Shown piece after piece: positions 55,837 to 64,000 of a stretch of 64,000 bases of DNA. The position numbers and the translations under genes are program-made. Each line of letters opens with the position of its first letter. The first letter of the stretch is position 1. Below the pieces are notes generated by a model. It ran no database searches and had not been told where the DNA came from. It saw only the letters and a program-made list of their open reading frames with translations. The stretch comes from an uncultured delta proteobacterium (GTDB taxonomy: Bacteria; Desulfobacterota; Desulfobulbia; Desulfobulbales; Desulfocapsaceae), in contig CAWGPM010000016.1 in assembly GCA_963824415.1 (NCBI GenBank), forward strand, positions 4,018-68,017, given 5' to 3'.

Positions 55837-56958
55837 ATGGGGACGAAAGCGGCTCTACGATTTCTGCTGATCCTGTTTTTCTGTCTGATCAATGGTTCTG
55901 TGCGCTTGGCCATTGCAGAGGTGCTGATTGGTATTGCGGCCCCTTTCACCGGTCAGACCTTCTACACCGGGGAACAGGTGCTTTATGGTGTCGAGGAGGC
56001 CGTGGCTGAGCTCAATGAAGCCGGCGGAGTCGCAGGCCACCGGATATCGATTACCACCGCGGATGACGCCTGCGATGCCGAGCAGGCGTTGGCAGCGGCT
56101 GAGAAGCTGGTCAGCGAAGGTGTTGTCCTGGTGATCGGTCATGTGTGCTCGGGTGCCTCGATTCCTGCGGCCCAGATTTACTCCAGGGCACGTATCCCGA
56201 TGATATCACCTGCGTCCACCAGCGCCCAGCTCACCGAGAGCGGCAGTCCCTATGTTTTCAGAGTTGTCGGTCGTGACGATAATCAGGGTGTGGCCGCTGG
56301 AAATTTTCTGGCCGACCATTTTGGCACTCGGGCCATCGCCGTTTTGCACGACAACCAGACCTACGGCAGGGGATTGGCCGAGGAGACGTTGAAACAGTTG
56401 CACAGAAGAAATATCAGCGAGGTCCTCTACGAAGGGTTCACTAACGGAGAACATGATTACGGCCGATTAGTGGATAACCTGAGCAAGGCGAAAACCGAGG
56501 TGGTCTATATCGGCAGCTATGTCACCGAAGCGGCGCTGATTATCCGCCAGGCCCGGGAACAGGGGCTCGATCTTCAACTGGTTGCCGGAGATGGATTATC
56601 AAGCGATGAGTTCTGGCTGATAGCCGGACCCGCCGGCAACGGCGCCTTGTTTACCTTTCCTGCAGACCCGAGAAAATTGGCGGCAGCCCGGGCAGTGGTC
56701 GAGCGTTTCAGAGCCCAGGGCTTCGAGCCGGAGGGCTATACCCTGCACGCCTTCGCCGCAGTTCAGGCCTGGGCTCAGGCTACCCAGACCGCCGGTTCGT
56801 TCGAGTCGGACCGCGTTGCTAAGGCACTGCATGCAGATGTATTTACCACCGTGCTGGGAGAAATCTCTTTCAATGAGAAAGGGGATATCAACGAAGCCGG
56901 TTTCAGCTGGCATCGCTGGCAGGACGGAGAATATGCTCCGCTCGATGAGCCCAGATAG
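55837..56958 (+). CDS. LivK/LivJ-type (type I) periplasmic ligand-binding protein
   Basis: Signal peptide, then VLIGIAAPFTGQTFYTGEQ and VVLVIGHVCSGASIP. GGAGG lies 8 nt upstream of ATG 55837. No cognate permease or ATPase genes nearby. Confidence 0.8.
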   Translation: MGTKAALRFLLILFFCLINGSVRLAIAEVLIGIAAPFTGQTFYTGEQVLYGVEEAVAELNEAGGVAGHRISITTADDACDAEQALAAAEKLVSEGVVLVIGHVCSGASIPAAQIYSRARIPMISPASTSAQLTESGSPYVFRVVGRDDNQGVAAGNFLADHFGTRAIAVLHDNQTYGRGLAEETLKQLHRRNISEVLYEGFTNGEHDYGRLVDNLSKAKTEVVYIGSYVTEAALIIRQAREQGLDLQLVAGDGLSSDEFWLIAGPAGNGALFTFPADPRKLAAARAVVERFRAQGFEPEGYTLHAFAAVQAWAQATQTAGSFESDRVAKALHADVFTTVLGEISFNEKGDINEAGFSWHRWQDGEYAPLDEPR

Positions 56959-57054
56959 CGGGATGCGCGATGCGCTCGGCGCGTATTCTCAAGTCGGCGG
57001 TGTTGCCACTTCAGCCTGCACAGTCGGCAGGTTGCCAAGCTTTGAGAAGAAGCG

Positions 57055-59523
57055 ATGAAACAGCGAATCGGGGTTGGCGGGCGGTTATTGTTCGCCTTTA
57101 TCTCTATAAGTGGTTTTGCGGTGCTGGCCGCTGCTGCGGCGCTCTATTCATTTGCCCAGCTGGGCAGCGTGCTGGCCCGGATCACTGAAAAAGACGTGCC
57201 TTCGGCCCTGGCCTTTCTCGATCTTTCCCTGCAGTCGCAGCGCCTCGTTACCGCTGCGCCACCGCTGCTGGCCGTCACCGACCAAAGGCAATACGAAGTG
57301 GTCTCCAGCGAGGTTCAAAAAGAGGGCAGTCGGCTCGCTGGAATGCTGGCTGATCTGGATAATTTCGCCTCAGGAGCCGATGAGCTGGACCAGATCGAGG
57401 CACTTGTGGCAGAATTGCTGGACAACCTCGAAGAGCTCAATGAACTGGTTGCCGATCAGCTTCGTCTAGGAGATGAAAAAGAACTCTTATTACGGCAGCT
57501 TTCCAGAACCAATATAGGGGTTCAACGCATGCTGGCGCCCGGCATCCTGGTGATGGATGCTAAAATTTCCCAGTGGCAGCGTATGTTCGAGGCAGAGGAC
57601 ACGGCGCTCGTCACGCAGAAACAGGCCCGGGATATGGCCCGGACCATTGCCCCTTACATTCCGATTAGAAAGGCCCAGGAGCAGGCCGCAATTATCAACA
57701 ACACTTTACTGCAGGCCGCCGCCTCGAGAACTGAGCCCGAGCTGCGCCTGCTGATGCTGCCCTTGAACCGGGCTTTTGGCAGGCTGGAGGAACTGAGTGC
57801 CGATTTCGCGGCTGAACTGCAGCCCCGTTCCCGGGATGTCCTGGCTCAACTTGAGCAGTTGATCGAAGGTCCTACGAGTATTTCGGCAATCCGCAAGCTC
57901 GAGATACAGGGTATCGAGCGGGGAGAAGCCCTGCTGCAGCAGAATGGTGTACTGTCTGCCCGGCTTACCACCTCGGTCGATCACCTGGTCAACCGGGCCG
58001 GCCTGAATATAAAAAATGCCAACGCCCAGGCCCTGGCAGTACAACAGATTTCCACTCTGATATTATTGTTGGTGGTTCTCCTGAGCCTGTTCAGCTCGCT
58101 GGCCATTGTCTGGTTCTATGTGCGCCGAAATCTGGTGGCCCGGCTGCTTGCCTTAAACGATTCGATGCTGGCCATTGCCGGCGGCGAGCTCAACCGTCCT
58201 ATACCCCCCACTGGGGGCGGCGATGAAATCTCTGCGATGGCCGAAGCTCTGCATGTCTTCCGTGACACCGCCGTGGAGGTTCGGCAGTCCAATCTGCGGG
58301 AGATCACTGAAGCCCGCAGGCGTTTGAGCGAAGCCATCGAGTCAATTTCAGAGGGCTTTTCCCTCTATGATACCGACGACCGGCTTATTGCCAGCAACAG
58401 CAGGTATCAGGAGGTACTTTATCCCGATATCGCCGACATCGTGCGGCCCGGTGTCTTGTTCGAGGAGGTGGTCCGGACTGCGGTTCAACGCCAATTGATT
58501 GGTGATGCGCAGGACGATCCCGAAGCCTGGGTCAGACGACGGATGGAGCTGCATCGAAATCCCACGGGGCCTCATCTGCAGAGGCAGAGCGACGGCCGCT
58601 GGATTCAGATAGACGAGCGCAAGCTCTACGACGGCGGCACGGTTGCCATCTATACCGATATCACCGAACTCAAGGAGCGGGAAAAAGAGTTGGCTGACAA
58701 ATCTAATGCGCTGGAGCAGCTCTCCAACCAGCTTGCCAAATATCTCTCTCCCCAGGTTTATGAATCGATTTTCAGCGGACGCCAGGAGGTCAAGGTATCC
58801 AGCCGCCGGAAAAAACTGAGCATCTTTTTTTCTGATATCACTGATTTTACCCAGGCGGCCGACCGGCTTGAATCTGAAGAACTGAGTTCGCTGCTCAATC
58901 ACTATCTGACCGAAATGTCCCGCATCGCCCTGAGTTTCGGGGCAACGGTGGATAAATATGTCGGTGATGCGATGCTGATTTTTTTCGGCGATCCGGAGAC
59001 CAGAGGCGTTAAGCAGGATGCACTGGCTTGCGTACAGATGGCGCTGGCCATGCGCAATAGAATGCACGATCTGGCCCATATCTGGCGAGCCTCAGGCATC
59101 GACAGGCCGCTCAGGGTCAGGATGGGGGTCAATACCGGGTATTGTACAGTCGGCAATTTCGGTAGTGAGGACCGTATGGACTACACCATCATCGGCGGCG
59201 CGGTAAATATCGCTTCGCGCTTGCAGGCGGCGGCAACACCGGGGGAAATCCTGATTTCCTATGAGACATTTGCCCACGTCAGGGATCAGATCAAGTGTAT
59301 CGAGATGGGTGAGATAAGTGTCAAAGGCGTCGCCTACCCGGTTGCCACCTTTCAGGTAGTCGATGCGTATCAGAGCCTGAAGAGTGAAAAAAAACACTTT
59401 ATTCAGCGTCAACCCAATTTGAACATCGATCTCAATATCCAGGCGATGACCGAAGATGAGCGGGGTGAGGCCGCCGCGCTGCTGCGCCGGGGCCTGCGGC
59501 TCATAGAAGAAAAGGACGAGTAG
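57055..59523 (+). CDS. membrane-bound class III adenylate/guanylate cyclase with periplasmic helical sensor, HAMP and PAS domains
   Basis: TM1 (aa ~10-32), ~300-aa helical periplasmic region, TM2. HAMP (GGELNRPIPPTGGGDEISAMAEAL), PAS (ESISEGFSLYDTDDRLI), cyclase core (FFSDITDFT...VDKYVGDAMLIFFGDPE...GVNTGYCTVGNFGS). Confidence 0.85.
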   Translation: MKQRIGVGGRLLFAFISISGFAVLAAAAALYSFAQLGSVLARITEKDVPSALAFLDLSLQSQRLVTAAPPLLAVTDQRQYEVVSSEVQKEGSRLAGMLADLDNFASGADELDQIEALVAELLDNLEELNELVADQLRLGDEKELLLRQLSRTNIGVQRMLAPGILVMDAKISQWQRMFEAEDTALVTQKQARDMARTIAPYIPIRKAQEQAAIINNTLLQAAASRTEPELRLLMLPLNRAFGRLEELSADFAAELQPRSRDVLAQLEQLIEGPTSISAIRKLEIQGIERGEALLQQNGVLSARLTTSVDHLVNRAGLNIKNANAQALAVQQISTLILLLVVLLSLFSSLAIVWFYVRRNLVARLLALNDSMLAIAGGELNRPIPPTGGGDEISAMAEALHVFRDTAVEVRQSNLREITEARRRLSEAIESISEGFSLYDTDDRLIASNSRYQEVLYPDIADIVRPGVLFEEVVRTAVQRQLIGDAQDDPEAWVRRRMELHRNPTGPHLQRQSDGRWIQIDERKLYDGGTVAIYTDITELKEREKELADKSNALEQLSNQLAKYLSPQVYESIFSGRQEVKVSSRRKKLSIFFSDITDFTQAADRLESEELSSLLNHYLTEMSRIALSFGATVDKYVGDAMLIFFGDPETRGVKQDALACVQMALAMRNRMHDLAHIWRASGIDRPLRVRMGVNTGYCTVGNFGSEDRMDYTIIGGAVNIASRLQAAATPGEILISYETFAHVRDQIKCIEMGEISVKGVAYPVATFQVVDAYQSLKSEKKHFIQRQPNLNIDLNIQAMTEDERGEAAALLRRGLRLIEEKDE

Positions 59524-59560
59524 CCTTGCAGAGTAATGGTCTGGTACCTTTCCAATGGTC

Positions 59561-59621
59561 TCTATACACGCCGGTCTTTTCGGCGTGTATAGATATTTCT
59601 CGGGGTTTCGGCTTTTTTTTC
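59561..59621 (+). terminator. intrinsic terminator after the cyclase gene
   Basis: Perfect 13-bp stem tctatacacgccg (59561..59573) / cggcgtgtataga (59581..59593), 7-nt loop, T8 run at 59613..59620. Confidence 0.65.
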
Positions 59622-59732
59622 TAAAAATAACAATTACATTAACTGAGTGTTGGAGCGCTCTGCTCCCCATTAGAAGATATATCATTTGCACATGGGCCAG
59701 CTAATGGCTGATGATCCGCAAGGAGAGAAGCG

Positions 59733-61280
59733 ATGAAAATAGGTGTACCCAGGGAAATCCACGAAGGCGAACGGCGGGTTGCAACCACGCCGGATGCGGC
59801 ACGTCTTATTCAGAAGCTTGGCTTTCAGGTGGCCGTCGAATCCGGAGCTGGAGCGGCCGCAAAATTCACCGATGAGGCCTATCGTGAGGCGGGCGTTGAG
59901 GTTATCGAAGATGCGGCCGGCCTGTATGAACAATCGGATGTCATCCTCAAGGTCAGAGCCCCGCGGATCGGTGCGGACTCAGATAACGAGCTTGAGCTTC
60001 TGCGACCGGGCCAGGTGCTGATCAGTTTTATTCAGCCGGCCCAGAATGAGGAGCTGATGAAGCAGATGTCCGAGAAAAAGCTCTCGGTACTGGCCATGGA
60101 TTCCATTCCGCGGATCTCGCGGGCCCAGAAGATGGATGCGCTGAGCTCGATGGCAAATATCGCCGGCTACCGCGCCGTGGTCGAAGCGGCCCAGCATTTC
60201 GGCAGATTTTTCACCGGGCAGATCACTGCCGCCGGCAAAATACCCCCGGCCAAGGTTCTGGTTATCGGTGCCGGTGTTGCCGGCCTTTCGGCGATCGGTG
60301 CCGCCAAGAGCATGGGGGCGATTGTCCGCGCCTTCGACACGCGACCTGAGGTGAAGGAACAGGTCGAGAGCATGGACGGCGAATTTCTGATGCTCGACTT
60401 CCCCGGCGAGGACGGCAGCGGCACCGGCGGATACGCTAAAGTCATGAGCGATGAGTTCATCCAGGCCGAGATGGCCCTGTTTGCCGAACAGGCCCGGGAG
60501 GTGGATATCATCATCACCACCGCCTTGATTCCCGGCAGGCCGGCGCCCGAACTGATCACCGAGGAGATGGTGGCCTCGATGCAGGAGGGCAGCGTGATTG
60601 TCGATCTGGCGGCTGAGATGGGCGGTAACTGCAAGCTCAGCGAAGCAGACCGGGTGGTGGTCAAGCACGGGGTCACGATCATCGGCTATACCGATCTGCC
60701 CTCGAGGCTGGCCACCCAGTCGAGCCAGCTCTATGCCAACAACCTGCGTCACCTGCTCAATGATCTGACGCCTGAAAAAGACGGCTCCATCGTGATCGAC
60801 ATGGACGATGAGATCATTCGCGGCGCCACCGTGATCAAGGATGGTGAGATAACCTGGCCGCCGCCGGCTCCTAAACTGTCGGCTGCCCCAAAAAAAGAAC
60901 TGGCCCCAAAGCCTGTGGAGGCGCCTGAACAAAAGAAAAAAGGTCGGGGCACCCTGCTGACCATCGTCATCGGTGCGCTTGTGATGCTCTGGCTCGGCAG
61001 TGTTGCACCACCATCGTTTATGTCGCACTTCACCGTCTTCGTGCTGGCCTGCTTCGTCGGCTATATGGTCATCTGGAACGTAACACCATCGCTGCATACG
61101 CCGCTGATGAGCGTCACCAATGCGATCAGCTCGATTATCATCATCGGCGCGCTGCTGCAGATATCGTCGAGCAGCTGGCTCATTGCTTTGCTGGCCGGTT
61201 TCTCGATTCTGATAACCAGCATCAATATTTTCGGCGGATTTGCGGTTACTCAGCGCATGCTGTCGATGTTCAGGAAATAG
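59733..61280 (+). CDS. pntA: NAD(P) transhydrogenase subunit alpha
   Basis: [43 protein letters not shown]-terminal 4-TM segment. 515 aa. Confidence 0.95.
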   Translation: MKIGVPREIHEGERRVATTPDAARLIQKLGFQVAVESGAGAAAKFTDEAYREAGVEVIEDAAGLYEQSDVILKVRAPRIGADSDNELELLRPGQVLISFIQPAQNEELMKQMSEKKLSVLAMDSIPRISRAQKMDALSSMANIAGYRAVVEAAQHFGRFFTGQITAAGKIPPAKVLVIGAGVAGLSAIGAAKSMGAIVRAFDTRPEVKEQVESMDGEFLMLDFPGEDGSGTGGYAKVMSDEFIQAEMALFAEQAREVDIIITTALIPGRPAPELITEEMVASMQEGSVIVDLAAEMGGNCKLSEADRVVVKHGVTIIGYTDLPSRLATQSSQLYANNLRHLLNDLTPEKDGSIVIDMDDEIIRGATVIKDGEITWPPPAPKLSAAPKKELAPKPVEAPEQKKKGRGTLLTIVIGALVMLWLGSVAPPSFMSHFTVFVLACFVGYMVIWNVTPSLHTPLMSVTNAISSIIIIGALLQISSSSWLIALLAGFSILITSINIFGGFAVTQRMLSMFRK

Positions 61281-61289
61281 GGGGAGTAC

Positions 61290-62687
61290 ATGTCACAGGG
61301 AATTGTCAGCGTCGCATATATTGGCGCGACCATCTTTTTCATTCTTGCCCTGGGCGGGCTCAGTACCCAGGAGACCTCGCGCAGGGGAAACCTGTTCGGC
61401 ATGCTGGGCATGGGGCTGGCCCTGATCGCAACACTGACCGGGATCGTCACCGGACACTATGTCATCGTCTTCGGCGGTCTGTTGATCGGCGGTACTATCG
61501 GCCTGATCCTGGCCAAGAAAGTTGCGATGACCCAGATGCCCGAGCTGGTCGCTATTCTGCACAGTCTCGTCGGGCTGGCTGCGGTTCTGGTCGGCTTTGC
61601 CAACTTCATGGACCACAGCACTGCGCTGAGCGGGGCGGAGCGGACCATTCATGATGTGGAGACCTATCTCGGTGTGCTGATTGGAGCGCTTACCTTTTCC
61701 GGTTCGGTGGTTGCCTTTCTCAAACTGAGCGCCAGGATCAGCGGCAAACCACTGCTGCTGCCCATGCGTCACTGGCTCAACCTGATCCTGCTCCTGCTGG
61801 CCATCTGGCTCTGCATGATCTTTGTCAGCCAGTCCGCCGCCGGAGGCGGTACCCTGGCGCTGCTGGTCATGACCATTATCGCATTGCTTTTCGGAGTGCA
61901 TATGGTGATGGCCATCGGCGGGGCCGACATGCCGGTGGTGATTTCGATGCTGAACAGCTATTCAGGCTGGGCGGCAGCGGCCACCGGCTTCATGCTCAGC
62001 AACGACCTGCTGATCGTAGTCGGCGCCCTGGTCGGCAGCAGCGGCGCGATTCTGAGCTATATCATGTGTCGGGCCATGAACCGCAATTTTATCTCGGTCA
62101 TTGCCGGCGGCTTCGGCACTGCAGGCGGGGAAACGCTTGCGGGAGACGAGGCTGAAGCGGGCGAGGTCATCGCGGTCGAGGCTGCGGAGGTGGCTGAGCT
62201 GCTGCTCGATGCCAGGGAGGTGATGATCATTCCCGGCTATGGCATGGCCGTGGCCCAGGCCCAGCACGTGGTCAACGATATAACCAGAAAGCTGCGCGAC
62301 AAGAAAATCAACGTGCGTTTCGGCATCCATCCGGTGGCCGGCCGGATGCCCGGCCATATGAACGTGCTGCTGGCCGAGGCCAAGGTGCCTTATGACATCG
62401 TCTTCGAACTCGATGAAATAAACGATGACTTTCCCCATGTTGATGTATCGGTGGTCATTGGCGCCAACGATATCGTCAACCCGGCAGCCCAGGAGGTGCC
62501 GGACAGCCCGATCGCCGGGATGCCCGTGCTGGAGTGCTGGAAGGGCAGAACCACTGTCGTCTTGAAGCGCTCCATGGCCACCGGTTATGCCGGCGTGTCA
62601 AATCCGCTGTTTTACAAAGAGAACACCCGAATGCTTTTCGGCGATGCCCGGGAAAGCCTGACCGAAGTGCTTAAACAGCTCGACTGA
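61290..62687 (+). CDS. pntB: NAD(P) transhydrogenase subunit beta
   Basis: 465 aa. N-terminal ~9 TM plus a C-terminal NADP(H) domain ([44 protein letters not shown]). Confidence 0.95.
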   Translation: MSQGIVSVAYIGATIFFILALGGLSTQETSRRGNLFGMLGMGLALIATLTGIVTGHYVIVFGGLLIGGTIGLILAKKVAMTQMPELVAILHSLVGLAAVLVGFANFMDHSTALSGAERTIHDVETYLGVLIGALTFSGSVVAFLKLSARISGKPLLLPMRHWLNLILLLLAIWLCMIFVSQSAAGGGTLALLVMTIIALLFGVHMVMAIGGADMPVVISMLNSYSGWAAAATGFMLSNDLLIVVGALVGSSGAILSYIMCRAMNRNFISVIAGGFGTAGGETLAGDEAEAGEVIAVEAAEVAELLLDAREVMIIPGYGMAVAQAQHVVNDITRKLRDKKINVRFGIHPVAGRMPGHMNVLLAEAKVPYDIVFELDEINDDFPHVDVSVVIGANDIVNPAAQEVPDSPIAGMPVLECWKGRTTVVLKRSMATGYAGVSNPLFYKENTRMLFGDARESLTEVLKQLD

Positions 62688-62726
62688 GCACTTCGCTGAT
62701 AAAGGAGATGGTAGAGAAGCCCGCTA

Positions 62727-63761
62727 TTGCGGAATAAGGATTTTAATAAACAGACTGTTCGTTGGCCTGAGCATGCGAGGGGGAAGGTGAGCTACGATCA
62801 ACCGTTTCAAATCATCGAGCTGGACCAGCAAGGCGGCGGCAGGCTCATCGGTCTCGAAGATCTGGAGGCCGTCCCCGATGCCGGGCCAGGCCTCACCTGG
62901 GTTCATCTTGATTACAGCCGGGAGGAGGCGGAAACCTGGCTCAAAAAAACCACGCTGGTCGATGAGGTTATCAAGGATAATCTCCTGGATGACAACGCCC
63001 GACCGCGAAGCATGACCCACAAGGACGGCCTGTTTATTTCTCTACGGGGTGTCAACCTCAATCCCGGATCCGACCCTGAGGATATGGTTGCGGTCAGGCT
63101 GTGGACGGACGGACGCTGGATCATCACCTCGAACCGGCGCCGGCTGCTATCCCTGGAAGACTTGAGGCAGTCTCTGTTAGGCCGCAGCGGAGCAGTGTCT
63201 GCCCAGATGTTTGTCTGCCTGTTGATCGAGCGGCTAGCCGTTCATACCGAAAATGTTATCGAAGCGCTCGATGTGGCCTGTGAGCAGCTCGAAGATCATC
63301 CCGCCGATCCAGACGACACCATGCGCCGTCAACAGCTTGGCGACGTTCGCCATCAGGCGATACGGCTCAAACGCTATCTTTCCCCGCAGCGGGATGCGCT
63401 TATTCACCTGCTCAACGACGCGCCGTCCTGGATCACGAAAACCGATAAAGTGCATATCCGCGAAAACCTGAACCAGTTCAGCCGCTTTCTCGAAGAGCTC
63501 GAATCGATCCGGGACCGGGCCGTCGTCATTCAGGAGGAGATGCTCGGCAGGTTGTCTGAGCAGCTCAACAAGCGCATGTACGCTCTCACGCTGGTGGCCA
63601 CCCTGTTTATGCCACTGGGCTTTCTTACCGGGCTGCTCGGCATCAATGTCGGCGGCATCCCCGGGGCCGAGAGCCGTTACGGATTCGCCGTGATCTGCGC
63701 GCTCATGGTGCTTCTGTGCGGGGCACTGCTGAGCTACCTCAGGTTCAAGAAGTGGTTTTAG
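62727..63761 (+). CDS. zntB: CorA-superfamily Zn2+ transporter, ZntB-like
   Basis: C-terminal LFMPLGFLTGLLGINVGGIPG (GxN motif) and two TMs; the N-terminal domain aligns in outline with ZntB. Start uncertain: TTG 62727 or GTG 62787 after GAGGGGGA. Confidence 0.8.
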   Translation: MRNKDFNKQTVRWPEHARGKVSYDQPFQIIELDQQGGGRLIGLEDLEAVPDAGPGLTWVHLDYSREEAETWLKKTTLVDEVIKDNLLDDNARPRSMTHKDGLFISLRGVNLNPGSDPEDMVAVRLWTDGRWIITSNRRRLLSLEDLRQSLLGRSGAVSAQMFVCLLIERLAVHTENVIEALDVACEQLEDHPADPDDTMRRQQLGDVRHQAIRLKRYLSPQRDALIHLLNDAPSWITKTDKVHIRENLNQFSRFLEELESIRDRAVVIQEEMLGRLSEQLNKRMYALTLVATLFMPLGFLTGLLGINVGGIPGAESRYGFAVICALMVLLCGALLSYLRFKKWF

Positions 63762-63794
63762 ATAAAAGAACCAGTCCCTGCTTCGCAGACATCT

Positions 63795-63945
63795 TTAAGG
63801 CTACCTTGAAAAATTGTCTTTTCGTCCTAACTCTGCGTTGCGCGCAAAAATTTTATCCTCTGAATATTACTTATATGCCTGCGGTAAAATTTTCACTCGC
63901 GCCTTGATTTTGAACGAAAATCCTAATTTTGCAAGGTACCCTTAA
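63795..63945 (+). repeat. family-1 repeat, full copy C5
   Basis: ttaaGGCTACCTTGAAAAATTGTCTTTTCGTCC...CCTAATTTTGCAAGGTACCCttaa, 34 nt after the zntB stop. Confidence 0.9.
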
Positions 63946-64000
63946 GCTTTCAGATTGATGTAATAGCTGAGCAAACTGGAAAGTGGTGCTGGCCTGGGTA

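Noticed and set aside
1-64000. Looked for CRISPR arrays, tRNA, rRNA or tmRNA genes, reverse transcriptases, integrases, toxin-antitoxin pairs and phage genes.
   Set aside because: No regularly spaced short repeats were seen; the repeats found are dispersed and 145 or 263 bp long. No cloverleaf-like GTTCGAATC-type boxes appear in intergenic regions. No ORF has the motifs of these families.

Overview
This 64-kb window looks chromosomal and moderately GC-rich. Gene content hints at a deltaproteobacterium/Desulfobacterota-type organism, but that is inference only. I call about 57 protein genes and one frameshifted pseudogene. I found no rRNA, tRNA or CRISPR array, and no recognisable transposase, phage, Cas, reverse-transcriptase, toxin-antitoxin or restriction-modification genes. 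Gene blocks in order: ABC-F fragment, rubredoxin-membrane fusion, class II photolyase; cspA plus an RRM RNA-binding protein; Ca/Na antiporter, methyltransferase, DUF2130 protein, glpK; Tat-exported multicopper oxidase divergent from an ECF sigma/anti-sigma cluster; LacI regulator divergent from a kinase plus variant-enolase operon; a glycerol cluster (SBP, glpR, 2 ATPases, 2 permeases, DUF2160, glpD); a frameshifted acyltransferase; a TetR-HlyD-ABC2 efflux operon; a repeat-dense accessory stretch (secreted hypothetical, NnrU, pirin, cupin, methyltransferase); SpoIIE phosphatase, phospholipase D, YceI plus di-heme membrane protein, kefF-kefC, radical SAM, esterase, CbbY-like HAD, class II aldolase, ArsR plus permease, MFS, LivK-like SBP plus HAMP-PAS adenylate cyclase, pntAB, zntB. 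The most unusual content is non-coding. Family 1 is a ~145-bp imperfect-palindrome repeat with 5 full and several truncated copies. Family 2 is a ~263-bp element bounded by terminal inverted repeats (TIRs), with 2 full copies and one 38-bp internally deleted copy at the photolyase start. Differences between its two full copies fall in unpaired positions of a predicted three-way-junction fold. The best candidate for an undescribed functional module is LacI plus a perfect palindromic operator plus an APH-fold kinase plus an enolase paralogue with two active-site substitutions. Everything rests on reading the sequence and the ORF translations. No searches were run, so family assignments come from recalled motifs.
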